Source of the DNA: Candidatus Limnocylindria bacterium
Lineage (GTDB): Bacteria > Chloroflexota > Limnocylindria > QHBO01
Direction: 5' to 3'
DNA: 64,000 nucleotides
Assembly (NCBI GenBank): GCA_036004845.1
Contig: DASYRA010000026.1
Location: 4,477-68,476 of the forward strand
Shown piece by piece: positions 50,897-62,059 of this stretch; positions within the stretch are counted from its first letter, which is position 1, and each line of letters opens with the position of its first letter. A program made the translations under genes and the position numbers. Below the pieces are notes generated by a model, which searched no databases, was not told where the DNA came from, and worked only from the letters and a program-made list of their open reading frames with translations.

Positions 50897-53336
50897 CCGC
50901 GGGGCGCGGGTGCCGGACCAGGCACGCTGCGTGATCATCGGGGGTGGCGTCGGCGGGGCGGCGATCGCCTATCACCTGACCGCCATGGGCTGGACCGATG
51001 TCGTCCTGCTCGATCGCTCCGAGCTGACCTCCGGCTCGACTTTCCACTCCGCCGGGCTGGTGGGGCAGCTGCGCTCGAGCCCGACCCTGACCCGGATGAT
51101 GGTCGACAGCGTGGCCACCTACCGCGCGCTGGCAGTAGAGACCGGGGTCGACCCAGGCTGGCGCGAGGTCGGCTCCCTCCGCCTGGCCGCTTCCCCGGAG
51201 CGGATGGAGGAGCTGCGCCGGCAGGCGGGCTGGGCCAAGACCTACGGACTGCCGATGGAGCTGGTCAGCGCGGACGAGGCACGACGGCTCTTTCCGCTGA
51301 TGGTCACCGATGGCGTCCGGGGCGCGGCCTGGCTGCCGACCGATGGCTACCTCGACCCGAGCGGCCTGACCCAGGCGCTGGCGGCTGGTGCTCGCAGCCG
51401 TGGCGCGACGATCCTGCCCAGGACGCGAGTGACGGGCATCGGCGTCAAGCGCGGGCGGGTGACCGGCGTGACCACGGAGGGCGGCGAGATCCGGGCCGAG
51501 GTGGTCGTCAACGCGGGCGGCATGTTCGCGCCGGAGATCGGCCGCATGGCGGGCATCACCGTCCCCATCATCCCGTTCGCGCACCAGTACCTCGTCACCG
51601 AGCCGATCGAGGGGGTGACCCCCGACCTGCCGCAGCTGCGCGATCCGGACAACCTCGTCTACTTTCGGCCCGAGGTGCGCGGGCTGGTGATGGGCGGCTA
51701 CGAGCGCGACCCCGCACCCTGGTCGCTCGACGGCATCGCGCCCGACTTCAACGGAAAGCTGCTTCCCCCCGACTGGCCGCGCTTCGAGGAGATCAGCGCC
51801 GGCGCGGTGCGTCGCGTGCCGGCGATGCAGGACGCGGGCATCACCCGCCTGATCAACGGACCCGAGGGCTTCACCCCCGACAACGAGTTCATCCTGGGCG
51901 AGTCGGAGGTGCGCGGCCTCTTCGTCGCCGCCGGCTTCAGCGCCCACGGCATCGCCGGCGCGGGCGGGCTCGGGCGCCAGCTGGCGCACTGGATTGTGGA
52001 CGGCGAGCCGGAGCTGGACCTCTGGAAGATGGACATCCGTCGCTTCGGCTCGCAGTATCGCTCGCGGTCCTACACCCTGGCGCGGTCGACCGAGAACTAC
52101 GCCACCTACTACGACATCCACTACCCCAACGAGGAGCGCCAGTCGGCGCGGCCCCTGCGCCTCTCGCCGACCTACGCCCGGCTGACTGAGCTGGGCTGCG
52201 CCTTCGGCGAGAAGTCGGGCTGGGAGCGTCCCAATTGGTTCGAGTCGAACGCGGCGGCCGGCGACGAGACGCTCCGTCCGCGCGGCTGGGCAGGCCAGCA
52301 CTGGTCGCCGGCGATCGGGGCCGAGGCGCTCGCCACCCGCAACGCCGCGGCCCTCTTCGACGAGACGAGCTTCGCCAAGATCGATATCAGCGGCCCGGGG
52401 TCGCTCCCCTTCCTGCAGCGGCTGTGCGACAACGAGATGGATCGGCCGATCGGCAGGATCACCTACACCCAGATGCTCAACCGCCGCGGCGGGATCGAGT
52501 GCGACTTCACCGTCACCCGGCTCGGCGAGGATCGGTTCTTCATCGTCACCGGCACCGCCTTCGGGAATCATGACCTCGGCTGGATCCGGCGCCACGCGGC
52601 CGACGACGGCGGCGTGACGGTCGGCGACGTCACCTCGTCGCGAGCGTGTATCGGGATCTGGGGACCGCTGTCACGGCAGATCGTGCAGTCCACCACGACC
52701 GATGACCTCGGCAACGAGGCCTTCCCCTACCTGACGGCTGCGGAGATCACGGTGGGACACGTGCCGGTGACCGCGCTGCGCGTCACCTACGTCGGCGAGC
52801 TGGGCTGGGAGCTGTACTGCCCGATGGAGTACGGCGGGCTGCTGTGGGACACCCTGTGGGAGGCGGGACGGCCGCTCGGGATGCTGGCCGGGGGCTATCG
52901 GGCCATCGACAGCCTGCGCCTGGAGAAGGGCTATCGCGTCTGGTCCAGCGACATCACGCCCGAGGAGACGCCGTACGAGGCGGGTCTTGGCTTCGCGGTG
53001 CGGCTGAAGAAGGGGGCCGATTTCATCGGCCGCGAGGCGCTCGTGGCCGCCCGGGATGCCGGACCGCGCAAGGCCCTGGCCTGCCTGGTCACCGACGACC
53101 CCCGTGCGGTGGCGCTCGGCAACGAGCCGGTCCGAGTCGAGGGGCAGGTCGTGGGGCGGGTCACCTCCGGCGGCTTTGGCTTCGCCGTCGAGCGCTCCAT
53201 CGCCTACGCGTATCTGCCGCCGGCGCGGGCGTCGGTCGGGCAGCGCGGCGAGGTGGAGATCTTCGGGGACTGGGTTGGCTGCGTGGTCAGCGCCGAACCG
53301 CTCTACGATCCCGAGGGGACGCGCATCAAGGGCTAG
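50889..53336 (+). CDS. FAD-dependent oxidoreductase fused to a GcvT-type folate-binding aminomethyltransferase domain (dimethylglycine/sarcosine dehydrogenase family)
   Basis: CVIIGGGVGGAAIAYHL dinucleotide fold, a DAO domain, and a C-terminal GcvT-like YVGELGWELY. Start is either GTG 50889 (8-nt overlap with the kinase gene) or GTG 50910; track start 50811 is upstream of both. Confidence 0.88.
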   Translation: MADRGARVPDQARCVIIGGGVGGAAIAYHLTAMGWTDVVLLDRSELTSGSTFHSAGLVGQLRSSPTLTRMMVDSVATYRALAVETGVDPGWREVGSLRLAASPERMEELRRQAGWAKTYGLPMELVSADEARRLFPLMVTDGVRGAAWLPTDGYLDPSGLTQALAAGARSRGATILPRTRVTGIGVKRGRVTGVTTEGGEIRAEVVVNAGGMFAPEIGRMAGITVPIIPFAHQYLVTEPIEGVTPDLPQLRDPDNLVYFRPEVRGLVMGGYERDPAPWSLDGIAPDFNGKLLPPDWPRFEEISAGAVRRVPAMQDAGITRLINGPEGFTPDNEFILGESEVRGLFVAAGFSAHGIAGAGGLGRQLAHWIVDGEPELDLWKMDIRRFGSQYRSRSYTLARSTENYATYYDIHYPNEERQSARPLRLSPTYARLTELGCAFGEKSGWERPNWFESNAAAGDETLRPRGWAGQHWSPAIGAEALATRNAAALFDETSFAKIDISGPGSLPFLQRLCDNEMDRPIGRITYTQMLNRRGGIECDFTVTRLGEDRFFIVTGTAFGNHDLGWIRRHAADDGGVTVGDVTSSRACIGIWGPLSRQIVQSTTTDDLGNEAFPYLTAAEITVGHVPVTALRVTYVGELGWELYCPMEYGGLLWDTLWEAGRPLGMLAGGYRAIDSLRLEKGYRVWSSDITPEETPYEAGLGFAVRLKKGADFIGREALVAARDAGPRKALACLVTDDPRAVALGNEPVRVEGQVVGRVTSGGFGFAVERSIAYAYLPPARASVGQRGEVEIFGDWVGCVVSAEPLYDPEGTRIKG

Positions 53337-53346
53337 CGGCGCGGCG

Positions 53347-53904
53347 CTACTCCTCGGCCTTCTTGCGCCTGGCGCCCGCGCGCACCTCGTGTGGAAAGGC
53401 GCGCATGAGGCGCCGCAGCAGGGCGTGCAGCTGCTCCTTCTCGCCGTCCGTCAGCGCCGATGCGATGAGGGCCTCGCGCCCAGCCTGGGTGTCGGTCGCC
53501 CGGTCCCACGCCGCGTGGCCGGCCTTGGTGGGCTCGACCAGGACGCCACGTCGGTCACCGGGGTCTGGCAGCCGGCGCACCAGGCCGGCCTCCTCGAGAC
53601 GATCGAGCCGGTTCGTCATGGCGCCGCTGGAAAGCCCCAGGCCCTCCGCCAGCTCCCCGGCCGAGAGCTGGTACGGCGGGCCCTGGTATCGAAGCCTGGC
53701 GAGGACCCGATGGGTGCGGCGGTCCAGCCCGAATTCGGCCAGCGTCGTCTCCATGGAGTGGTCGAAGTACCGGGAGAGGGTGCCGATGCGCTCGACGATC
53801 CCCTCCGTCAACCGGTCGAGTCCGGGGATCTCGCGAACCCAGACGTCGAGCATCTTGTCGAGGGAGTCCGCGCGGTCCGATGCGGCGTCCTTCGTCCTGG
53901 TCAC
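53347..53904 (-). CDS. MarR-family transcriptional regulator
   Basis: Winged-helix core LSAGELAEGLGLSSGAMTNRLDRLEEAGLVRRLPDPGDRRGVLVEPT. I favour GTG 53904 (leaderless, 5 nt after a -10) over track ATG 53925. Confidence 0.85.
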   Translation of the reverse strand: MTRTKDAASDRADSLDKMLDVWVREIPGLDRLTEGIVERIGTLSRYFDHSMETTLAEFGLDRRTHRVLARLRYQGPPYQLSAGELAEGLGLSSGAMTNRLDRLEEAGLVRRLPDPGDRRGVLVEPTKAGHAAWDRATDTQAGREALIASALTDGEKEQLHALLRRLMRAFPHEVRAGARRKKAEE

Positions 53905-53909
53905 GCCAC

Positions 53910-53939
53910 AGTATCGGCATCGCATACTCTTGATGTCAA
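53910..53939 (-). promoter_or_regulatory. candidate marR promoter TTGACA-18 nt-GATACT
   Basis: Minus strand reads cTTGACAtcaagagtatgcgatgccGATACTgtggcGTG. Confidence 0.45.
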
Positions 53940-53944
53940 GCCTC

Positions 53945-53973
53945 TTGACATCGAACGATCACTGTTCTAGACT
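53945..53973 (+). promoter_or_regulatory. candidate divergent promoter TTGACA-17 nt-TAGACT with a 7-bp inverted repeat (ACTGTTC-N10-GAACAGT) over the -10
   Basis: TTGACA at 53945-53950 and TAGACT at 53968-53973. The inverted repeat spans 53961-53984, an operator-like arrangement. Confidence 0.5.
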
Positions 53974-54045
53974 ACCGGAACAGTCTTGACATAAAGAGTC
54001 TTGGACTGGAAGGACCAGGCGGCGGCCCGCCAGGTGGAGGACCAG

Positions 54046-54243
54046 ATGACGTTCGGATACATCTCCCAAAAGGCAAGCTCAGTCACGGCACCGCGGCGCC
54101 CGCGACTGGCCGTCGAAACAGCTCGGGCTGCACGCCGATCGAACGGCCCCGCGCGACAGGCGCTCGGCGTGGCCCTGGTGACGATCGGTCAGCGGATCGC
54201 GGGCGAGCTTCCCGCAGCGCACCCGAATAGCGACTGCGCCTAG
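54046..54243 (+). CDS. hypothetical small protein (65 aa), possibly MarR-controlled
   Basis: ATG 54046 is preceded by GGAGGA at 4-nt spacing. GC3 is roughly 78%. No family recognised. The track ORF starts at TTG 54001. Confidence 0.3.
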   Translation: MTFGYISQKASSVTAPRRPRLAVETARAARRSNGPARQALGVALVTIGQRIAGELPAAHPNSDCA

Positions 54244-54596
54244 CCCCCCGGGCGAACCTCTTCGGCGTGATAGCGGCGCTCGCCGCTGGCCGGGTCGATG
54301 TACACCCGCAGCCGATGACCGGTGGTGGGGTCGATGAAGACCTCGTCCGTGGGGCGGAACGGCGCTGCGGGAACGGTCGGCTCGCCGCCGCCGGGGCCGC
54401 TGGCCTCCGCCGCTGAGCTTTCAGCCGCCTCGGATCGATAGCGGGCTCGCTCCAGGACGACCGCCACCAGCACGACGCCGCCGGCGACCGCTGCCCACAG
54501 GCCTTCGGCCCAGGCTCCGGCCATCACGCCGACTAGGCCGCCCAGCATCAGCAGCGCGCCCAGCACTCCGACGACGACACGGATGGTGTCCACCAT
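54240..54596 (-). CDS. hypothetical membrane protein (2 TM) with duplicated (F/Y)IDPxxG motif
   Basis: 118 aa with two N-terminal TM helices. C-terminal VFIDPTTGHRLRVYIDPASGERRY. Confidence 0.5.
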   Translation of the reverse strand: MVDTIRVVVGVLGALLMLGGLVGVMAGAWAEGLWAAVAGGVVLVAVVLERARYRSEAAESSAAEASGPGGGEPTVPAAPFRPTDEVFIDPTTGHRLRVYIDPASGERRYHAEEVRPGG

Positions 54597-54603
54597 CGCT
54601 TGC

Positions 54604-54951
54604 CTATTCGCTGCGCGGCTGCGGCGCGCTGCTGTCCGCCTCGACCAGGACCGCCGTCCCGTAGGCGACGATCTCGCTCATCGTGCTGCCGATCTCGGAG
54701 CTGTCGAACCGCATCGAGATCACGGCGTTGGCGCCCATCAGGGTGGCGTTCTGCACCATCCGGTCAATGGCCTGGCGACGGGTGTCCTCCAGCAGCTGGG
54801 TGTACTCCTTGATCTCGCCGCCGGCGAGCGAGCGCACGGCGGCGGCCAGGTTCCCGCCCAGGCCGCGGCTGCGGACCACGAGCCCGTAGACGTGGCCCTT
54901 GCTCTCGACGATCCGATGGCCGGCGGCGAACGGGGTGGTGGCGACAATCAT
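54604..54951 (-). CDS. ybjQ: YbjQ-family (UPF0145) protein
   Basis: 115 aa. GHVYGLVVRSRGLGGN...GGEIKEYTQLLEDTRRQAIDRMVQNATLMGANAVISMRFD is the typical YbjQ sequence pattern. Confidence 0.9.
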   Translation of the reverse strand: MIVATTPFAAGHRIVESKGHVYGLVVRSRGLGGNLAAAVRSLAGGEIKEYTQLLEDTRRQAIDRMVQNATLMGANAVISMRFDSSEIGSTMSEIVAYGTAVLVEADSSAPQPRSE

Positions 54952-54957
54952 GGCGCT

Positions 54958-54963
54958 ACTGTA
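54958..54963 (-). promoter_or_regulatory. candidate -10 element (TACAGT) 6 nt upstream of the ybjQ ATG; its palindromic partner TACTGT (54957-54962) may serve the divergent gene
   Basis: Minus strand reads cgcgTACAGTagcgccATG. Plus strand reads gcGCTACTGTAcg. Confidence 0.4.
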
Positions 54964-55008
54964 CGCGGTCGGAGGCTAGAGTTACCGAAGCCGTTTGGGG
55001 TACCCGCC

Positions 55009-55497
55009 ATGGGCTGGCCGTTCCGAAAGCAGCAGGAGCCTTCGCCGCCACCGGCGCCGCTCGAGCCGATCCGCATCTACACCGACAGCGCCGAGCTGGA
55101 CGGTTGGGTGATCACCGGCGGGGAGCGCATGACAGACATCCTGGCGCAGGGAGATGAGCTCTCGTTCCTGCCGCGCGGGGCCGACAGAGACCGGCCGGAG
55201 GCGTGGGTGGCGCTGTTCCCCAACGACACGCGGATCGTGGTGCCGCCGCCGCACGTCAGCGATCCCGAGCTGCGACAGCCGCGCGAGCGGCAGGAGGTGA
55301 CGCTCAACATCGGAGAGTTCCGCGTGACCGGCATTGCCCACCTGCGCCCGGGAGTGGAGCGTGACGTCTACCTGCGCACGACCCAGCCCTTCCTGCCGCT
55401 GACCGAGGCGACGCTGATGCGCGCCGATGGGGCCGGCGCACAGCAGTACGAGGTGGTGATCGTCAACCTGCGCTGGGCGGAGTTCGTCGAGACCTAG
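55009..55497 (+). CDS. hypothetical protein (162 aa)
   Basis: ATG 55009, in frame in track ORF 54583..55497 (the upstream part is antisense to ybjQ). Good GC3. No family recognised. Confidence 0.5.
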   Translation: MGWPFRKQQEPSPPPAPLEPIRIYTDSAELDGWVITGGERMTDILAQGDELSFLPRGADRDRPEAWVALFPNDTRIVVPPPHVSDPELRQPRERQEVTLNIGEFRVTGIAHLRPGVERDVYLRTTQPFLPLTEATLMRADGAGAQQYEVVIVNLRWAEFVET

Positions 55498-55611
55498 GCC
55501 GCCCCGCGGTCGCCGCTGGTGGCCAGGGAGTCCGCCCCCCGGACGCGGTAGCCGACCCCGGGCTCCGCCACCAGGAGCTCTGCGAGCTCCTCGCCAAGGA
55601 ATCCTTGTGGA

Positions 55612-56031
55612 TCAGCGAGGCGTGTGCTCGCGTCGGTGCAGGCGTTTGATAAGCGCGTGCATGATCGGCACCGCCATCTCCGGGTGCTCCTGGAGGAGCG
55701 CGGTGAACTGCCAAGCCACGAACAGGATGCACTCCGTTTCCTCGACGGCGATGACACTCGCCGTCCGTGGGAGGTGCTCGATCAGCGCGAGTTCGCCGAA
55801 GAAGTCGCCGGCGTACAGCTCACCCGGTGTCGGGTCCAAGTCGCCGTCCCTCTCGGCTCGCGCATGGCCGCGGAGAATCACGAACAGGGCCAACGCCCCC
55901 GCATCCTGCTGGATGATCCAGTCTCCGGGCGCGTAGACGCGACGAGTGCCCGATTCGGCCAGGCGCTTGATGATCTTCCTATCAAGGTCGGCGAGGAGAG
56001 GGGCCGCTGCGAGGGTCTGCTCGAGGTCCAT
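55612..56031 (-). CDS. cyclic-nucleotide-binding domain protein (stand-alone CAP/Crp-type effector domain, no HTH)
   Basis: 139 aa with FFGELALI and PRTASVIA motifs of cNMP-binding domains. GAGGAA RBS. Confidence 0.85.
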   Translation of the reverse strand: MDLEQTLAAAPLLADLDRKIIKRLAESGTRRVYAPGDWIIQQDAGALALFVILRGHARAERDGDLDPTPGELYAGDFFGELALIEHLPRTASVIAVEETECILFVAWQFTALLQEHPEMAVPIMHALIKRLHRREHTPR

Positions 56032-56204
56032 GGCGTTTCCTCATGGTGCGGTCGACCGGGCGGGTCGGAACGTCATCCTAGTCGAGCCCGGCCGTTTCGC
56101 CTATCCTCAAGCCCCACTCAGACGCCACGATCGACAGCGAGCACACCGCAGATCCCAGTGTCAGCGAGTTGCCTAGAAGCAGCGGGGCGACGCTTGACTG
56201 TGGT

Positions 56205-56279
56205 TGGAGCCGAAGGTGGGATTCGAACCCACGACCGACGGTTTACGAAACCGTTGCTCTACCACTGAGCTACTTCGGC
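56205..56279 (-). tRNA. tRNA-Thr (anticodon CGU), CCA encoded
   Basis: Minus strand GCCGAAGTAGCTCAGTGGTAGAGCAACGGTTTCGTAAACCGTCGGTCGTGGGTTCGAATCCCACCTTCGGCTCCA folds into a cloverleaf by hand. Anticodon loop TTCGTAA. Confidence 0.92.
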
Positions 56280-56298
56280 CCGATGCTGGCGGGGCCGA

Positions 56299-56307
56299 AG
56301 TCTAGCA
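56299..56307 (-). promoter_or_regulatory. candidate extended -10 promoter (TGCTAGACT) for tRNA-Thr
   Basis: Minus strand gggcTGCTAGACTtcgg lies about 19 nt upstream of the tRNA 5' end. Confidence 0.5.
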
Positions 56308-56366
56308 GCCCTCCGGAATGGTCGGCCGCGCGAGGGAGAGGGAGCTCCCCTCGCGCAGCCGATGGG

Positions 56367-56636
56367 TCAGACGGGTGAACGGCCTGGGAGGGCGCGAACG
56401 ATCGCAATCAGGATCACCGCGCCGACGAAGGCGACGGCGATGCTGCCCCAGAAGCCGGCGGTCCCGCCGCCGGTGATCAGCGTGAAGACGAATCCGCCGA
56501 CCAGCGCACCGACGAGCCCCACCACGATGTCGCCGACGATGCCGTAGCCACCGCCCTTCATAACCATGCCGGCCAGCCAGCCGGCGACCAGCCCGACGAC
56601 GAGCCACGCAATGATGCCGCCCGGATCGAGTGTCAT
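56367..56636 (-). CDS. GlsB/YeaQ/YmgE-family stress-response membrane protein
   Basis: Trimmed to ATG 56636 (GAAGGAGAG RBS). IIAWLVVGLVAGWLAGMVMKGGGYGIVGDIVVGLVGALVGGF is typical of the family. Confidence 0.85.
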   Translation of the reverse strand: MTLDPGGIIAWLVVGLVAGWLAGMVMKGGGYGIVGDIVVGLVGALVGGFVFTLITGGGTAGFWGSIAVAFVGAVILIAIVRALPGRSPV

Positions 56637-56662
56637 CCCTGCTCTCCTTCTGTCAGCGCGAG

Positions 56663-56686
56663 GTCTCGTGACGGGCGCCACGAGAC
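56663..56686 (-). terminator. 8-bp perfect hairpin between nth and the GlsB gene (terminator/processing candidate)
   Basis: GTCTCGTG (56663-56670) pairs with CACGAGAC (56679-56686) with an 8-nt loop. No U-tract. Confidence 0.3.
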
Positions 56687-56762
56687 GCTGCTTGGCGGAT
56701 TGAAGCGGAGCGTCAATTTCAGGCGCGTAACAGACGTGGGTGCCACCATGCCAAGCGTCGCG

Positions 56763-57593
56763 TCAGCCGCGGCGCTCGGGCGGAGCCCATCCGTGGATCA
56801 GCTCGTCGTAATATCGGGGTGCGCCGCCGTCCTGGCTGGCGCGAGGGATGGGCGCCATCGGCGCCTTGCCGCGGCGCGCCAGCTCGAAGTACGGGCAGAC
56901 GTCCGTGAGCGGACAGAGGCCGCAGATCGGGCGCGGTGCTCGGCAGGTGTCCCGCCCATGGCGGATCAGCTCCACGTGAAACGGGTACATCTCGTCGGGT
57001 TGGAGCGCCGCCTCGAGCAGGTCGTGGGCGCGCTCGACATCGGTCCTGGGTGGAATCAGCCCCAGCCGGAGCGCCACGCGGTACACGTGGGTGTCGACTG
57101 GCAGCGCGGGTCGCCCGAACCCGAAGAGGAGGACGATGGCGGCCGTCTTGCGGCCAATCCCCGGGAGCGCGACCAGCCACGCGCGCGCTTCCTCCAGCGG
57201 CAACGCCCCGAGAAAGGAGAGATCCCAGCTGCCGCCGGTCGCATCGTGCACCTCCGCCAGCACCGCCTGGATGCGCCGCGACTTGGTCGGCGCCAGGCCG
57301 CCGGGCCGGAGCACCTCCTCCAGCTCGTCGATGGGAGCGGCGAGCACCTCGGCCCAGCTCCCGTACCGGGCGCGCAGCGCGGTGAAGGCCCGGAACGAGT
57401 TGATGTCGGCGGTGTTCTGCGACAGGATCGTGAGGACCAGCTCGCTCACCGCGTCGACCCGCGGTCCGGCCCAGGTCGGGCGGTCGTAGCGGTCGCCGAG
57501 TCGCTCCAGGACCACCTCGACCAAGCGTCTGCGCGCGCGCCGATCGGCGGCGAGCTTCTGCGGGCTCGGGCCTCGGCGGGATCGAGCGCTCAC
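56763..57593 (-). CDS. nth: endonuclease III-family HhH-GPD DNA glycosylase with 4Fe-4S cluster loop
   Basis: GTG 57593 overlaps the glxK stop (GTGA). LPGIGRKTAAIVL helix-hairpin-helix, VDTHV, and C-x6-C-x2-C-x5-C (CRAPRPICGLCPLTDVC). Confidence 0.85.
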   Translation of the reverse strand: MSARSRRGPSPQKLAADRRARRRLVEVVLERLGDRYDRPTWAGPRVDAVSELVLTILSQNTADINSFRAFTALRARYGSWAEVLAAPIDELEEVLRPGGLAPTKSRRIQAVLAEVHDATGGSWDLSFLGALPLEEARAWLVALPGIGRKTAAIVLLFGFGRPALPVDTHVYRVALRLGLIPPRTDVERAHDLLEAALQPDEMYPFHVELIRHGRDTCRAPRPICGLCPLTDVCPYFELARRGKAPMAPIPRASQDGGAPRYYDELIHGWAPPERRG

Positions 57594-58767
57594 CGCTCGG
57601 CCAGTGCCAGCCCGATCCCTATGCTGGCGGCGAGCCGCTCGGCCGCGTTCGTCAGCAGGCGCTCGGTGTCGGCCATCGCCTCCGCCAGGGTCATCGGCCG
57701 GTCCGCAACCGGCTGGATCAGCTGGAAGAGACCGGACACCTCCAGGGCCTCCGAGCCCGGTCCGAGCGTGCCGCACAGGAGGACCACCGGCGTGCCCCGT
57801 CCGCCGGCCATCTGGGCGACCCCCATCGCCGCCTTGCCGGCGAGCGTCTGCTCATCGGCACGACCCTCGCCGGTGATCACCAGATCGGCATCCTCCAGGG
57901 CGGCGGTGAGGCCGATCATCTCGGCGACCACCTCGACGCCCGGCCGCAGCGTGGCATTCGTGAAGCCGAGCAGCGCGGCCCCCGTCCCGCCTGCGGCACC
58001 GGCACCCGGATGATCGGCGACGTCTCGATTCGTCGCCGCCTGGATGGCAGTGCCGTAGATCCCGAGCGCCGCGTCCAGGTCCGCCACCGCGTCCGCATCG
58101 GCGCCCTTCTGGGGACCGTAGGTGGCAGCCGCTCCCGCCGGCCCGGTGAGCGGGTTGGTGACGTCCGAGGCGACCACGACCTCGACCTGCGCGAGGCGCG
58201 GATCGAGGCCTGTCGGGTCGATCACGATCAGCTCGGCCAGCGCCGCGCCGCCGGGCCCCAGGTCGCCGCCGGCCATGTCGAGGAAGCGAACGCCGAGCGC
58301 CGCGAGCATGCCGCTCCCGCCGTCGTTGGTGGCCGATCCGCCGAGCCCCAGGATCACCCGCTTCACCCCGGCGTCGAGGGCGCTCCGCACCAGCTCGCCG
58401 GTGCCTCCGGTGCTGGCGATGCGTGCCGAGGCCGGGGTGCGCTCCTCGACCTTCAGCTGCGCCAGGCCGGAGGCGGCCGCCATCTCGACGAAGGCCACGC
58501 TGCCCTCCTCGAGCAGGAGGTAGTCGGCCGAGATCGGGCGACCCAGCGCGTCGTGGACGGCGACGGAGCGCCGGAAGGCGCGATCGCCGAGGGCGGCCGC
58601 AACGGCAGCCAGGGTCCCCTCGCCGCCATCGGCCATCGGCGCTTGACTGACCGTGTCCTCCGGCCTCGCTCGCTGCCAGCCTGTTGCGATGGCCCCCGCG
58701 ACGGCTACCGAGTCCAGGGCGCCACCAAACGAATCGGGAGCCACCAGGACGCGCAGCGACGCGCTCA

Positions 58768-58768
<1 letters not shown>
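57590..58768 (-). CDS. glxK: glycerate kinase
   Basis: ATG 58768 (1-nt TGATG overlap with the upstream gene). VLVAPDSFGGAL N-terminus and full-length GlxK/GarK-like sequence. The track ORF's 217-residue N-terminal extension is out-of-gene junk. Confidence 0.9.
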
Positions 58769-60716
<1,948 letters not shown>

Positions 60717-60717
<1 letters not shown>

Positions 60718-62021
60718 CAGCCGGCCGCCTCGGCGCGCATCTCGCGCCAGCGGCCGACCAGGTATGGCTTGAGCTCCTCGAACTCGCGCGCCACCGCGTC
60801 GATCACCCGTTCCGCCTGATCGGTGGTCATCTCGATCGTCTCGGCGATGAAGCCCGCGGTCCGCCCGAAATAGAGCGGTGTGAGCCCGGCCAGCAGGCGC
60901 TCCCGGTCGGTCCCCGGGCGGTTGTACGCCACCAGGGCGTCGTACAGGCAGCGGATCCACAGCTCGGCGGGGAAATGGAACGCGCCCGGCTCGGCTGGGA
61001 TCTCGATCGACATCACACGATCCAGCTGCTCCGGGGAGAGGATCTGGCCCCAGGCGTCGGCCTGCGACAGGCGCGCCGTCTCGAAGGTGTCGACCAGCTT
61101 GGCATGGTTGACCTGGACCACCTCCGGGGCGATCACCCGCTCAAAGCCGTACTCGGGGATCGGATGCGAGCCGCGGACCTTGAGCCATCGGTCCTCGTAG
61201 CGGGCGGCGAGCCCGAACAGCGTCCCGACCACCTGCCGGAACATCGGCCCCAGGTCGGAAGCCGGGTCCTTGGCGTCGTGGATCTTGGCGCCCAGCCGTG
61301 TCTGGCACACCGCGAACCCCTCGTTGATGGCCGAGTGCGTCATCCAGACGTCGATCCCGAAGCGCGCCGTCAGCTCGTCGAAGCTGTCGAGCTCCAGGTA
61401 GCGCTGCACCAGGTCGCCGCTCACCGCGAACTCGCCGCCGATCGGCTGCCGGATGCGAGCGCCGTACAGGGCCCGGGTGAGGGGATACGCGATCGAGTTG
61501 GTGATGGTGCCGTCGTACTTGTAGCGCGCGTAGAGCGGCGCCACGAAATCGTAGCCGCCCTTCAGGATCGGTCCTGCCAGAAGCTCGATCCACTCCGGCG
61601 CGATGCTGCGAAGGTCCGAGTCGACCATCACCATCGCCTTCACGCCCAGTTCGCGCGCAACTTCGAAGAGGGCGCGCACCGCGGTCCCCTTGCCGGAGAG
61701 GCCGTGGTAGGTGAAGGTGATCCGCTGCAGCTTGTGAATCGGGCTGACCAGGATGATCTTCTCGATGTACTCGGGGCTCTCGGCCGTGATCGCGACGCGC
61801 GGGGTGTGATCGGGAGAGCCGCCGTCGGAGTTGACCAGGATCGGCTTGAGGTCCGGGAAGTACTGGACCATCCCGGCCGTTGCGGCGCGCACCACGAAGC
61901 CGATGGTCTCGGCGTTGCCGAAGCTCGGGATGCCGACCATGAGGTCCGCCTGGCCCACGCGGCGGACCTCGGCGAGCCCGCTCGCGTCGAGCGCCGAAGC
62001 GGTCGGCGTGGAACGCGTCAT
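60717..62021 (-). CDS. GT-A-fold glycosyltransferase (glucosylglycerate-synthase-like by context; family uncertain)
   Basis: VGIPSFGNAETIG N-terminal nucleotide-sugar fold and an MVDSDLRSI DxD-type motif. Start taken at ATG 62021 (track TTG 62030 overlaps the putative -10). Confidence 0.65.
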
Positions 62022-62029
62022 GCGCGTCA

Positions 62030-62035
62030 AGGGTA
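62030..62035 (-). promoter_or_regulatory. candidate -10 element (TACCCT, context GCTACCCT) 8 nt upstream of ATG 62021
   Basis: Minus strand reads gggcGCTACCCTtgacgcgcATG. This is the same 8-mer as the riboswitch promoter at 10483. Confidence 0.35.
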
Positions 62036-62059
62036 GCGCCCTCGGCGCCGCGGGTCAGG

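Noticed and set aside
54001-54045. TTG start at 54001 for the 80-aa track ORF.
   Set aside because: It overlaps the repeated TCTTG(A/G)AC boxes and has no RBS. ATG 54046 has a GGAGGA at good spacing, so if the ORF is real the shorter form is more plausible.
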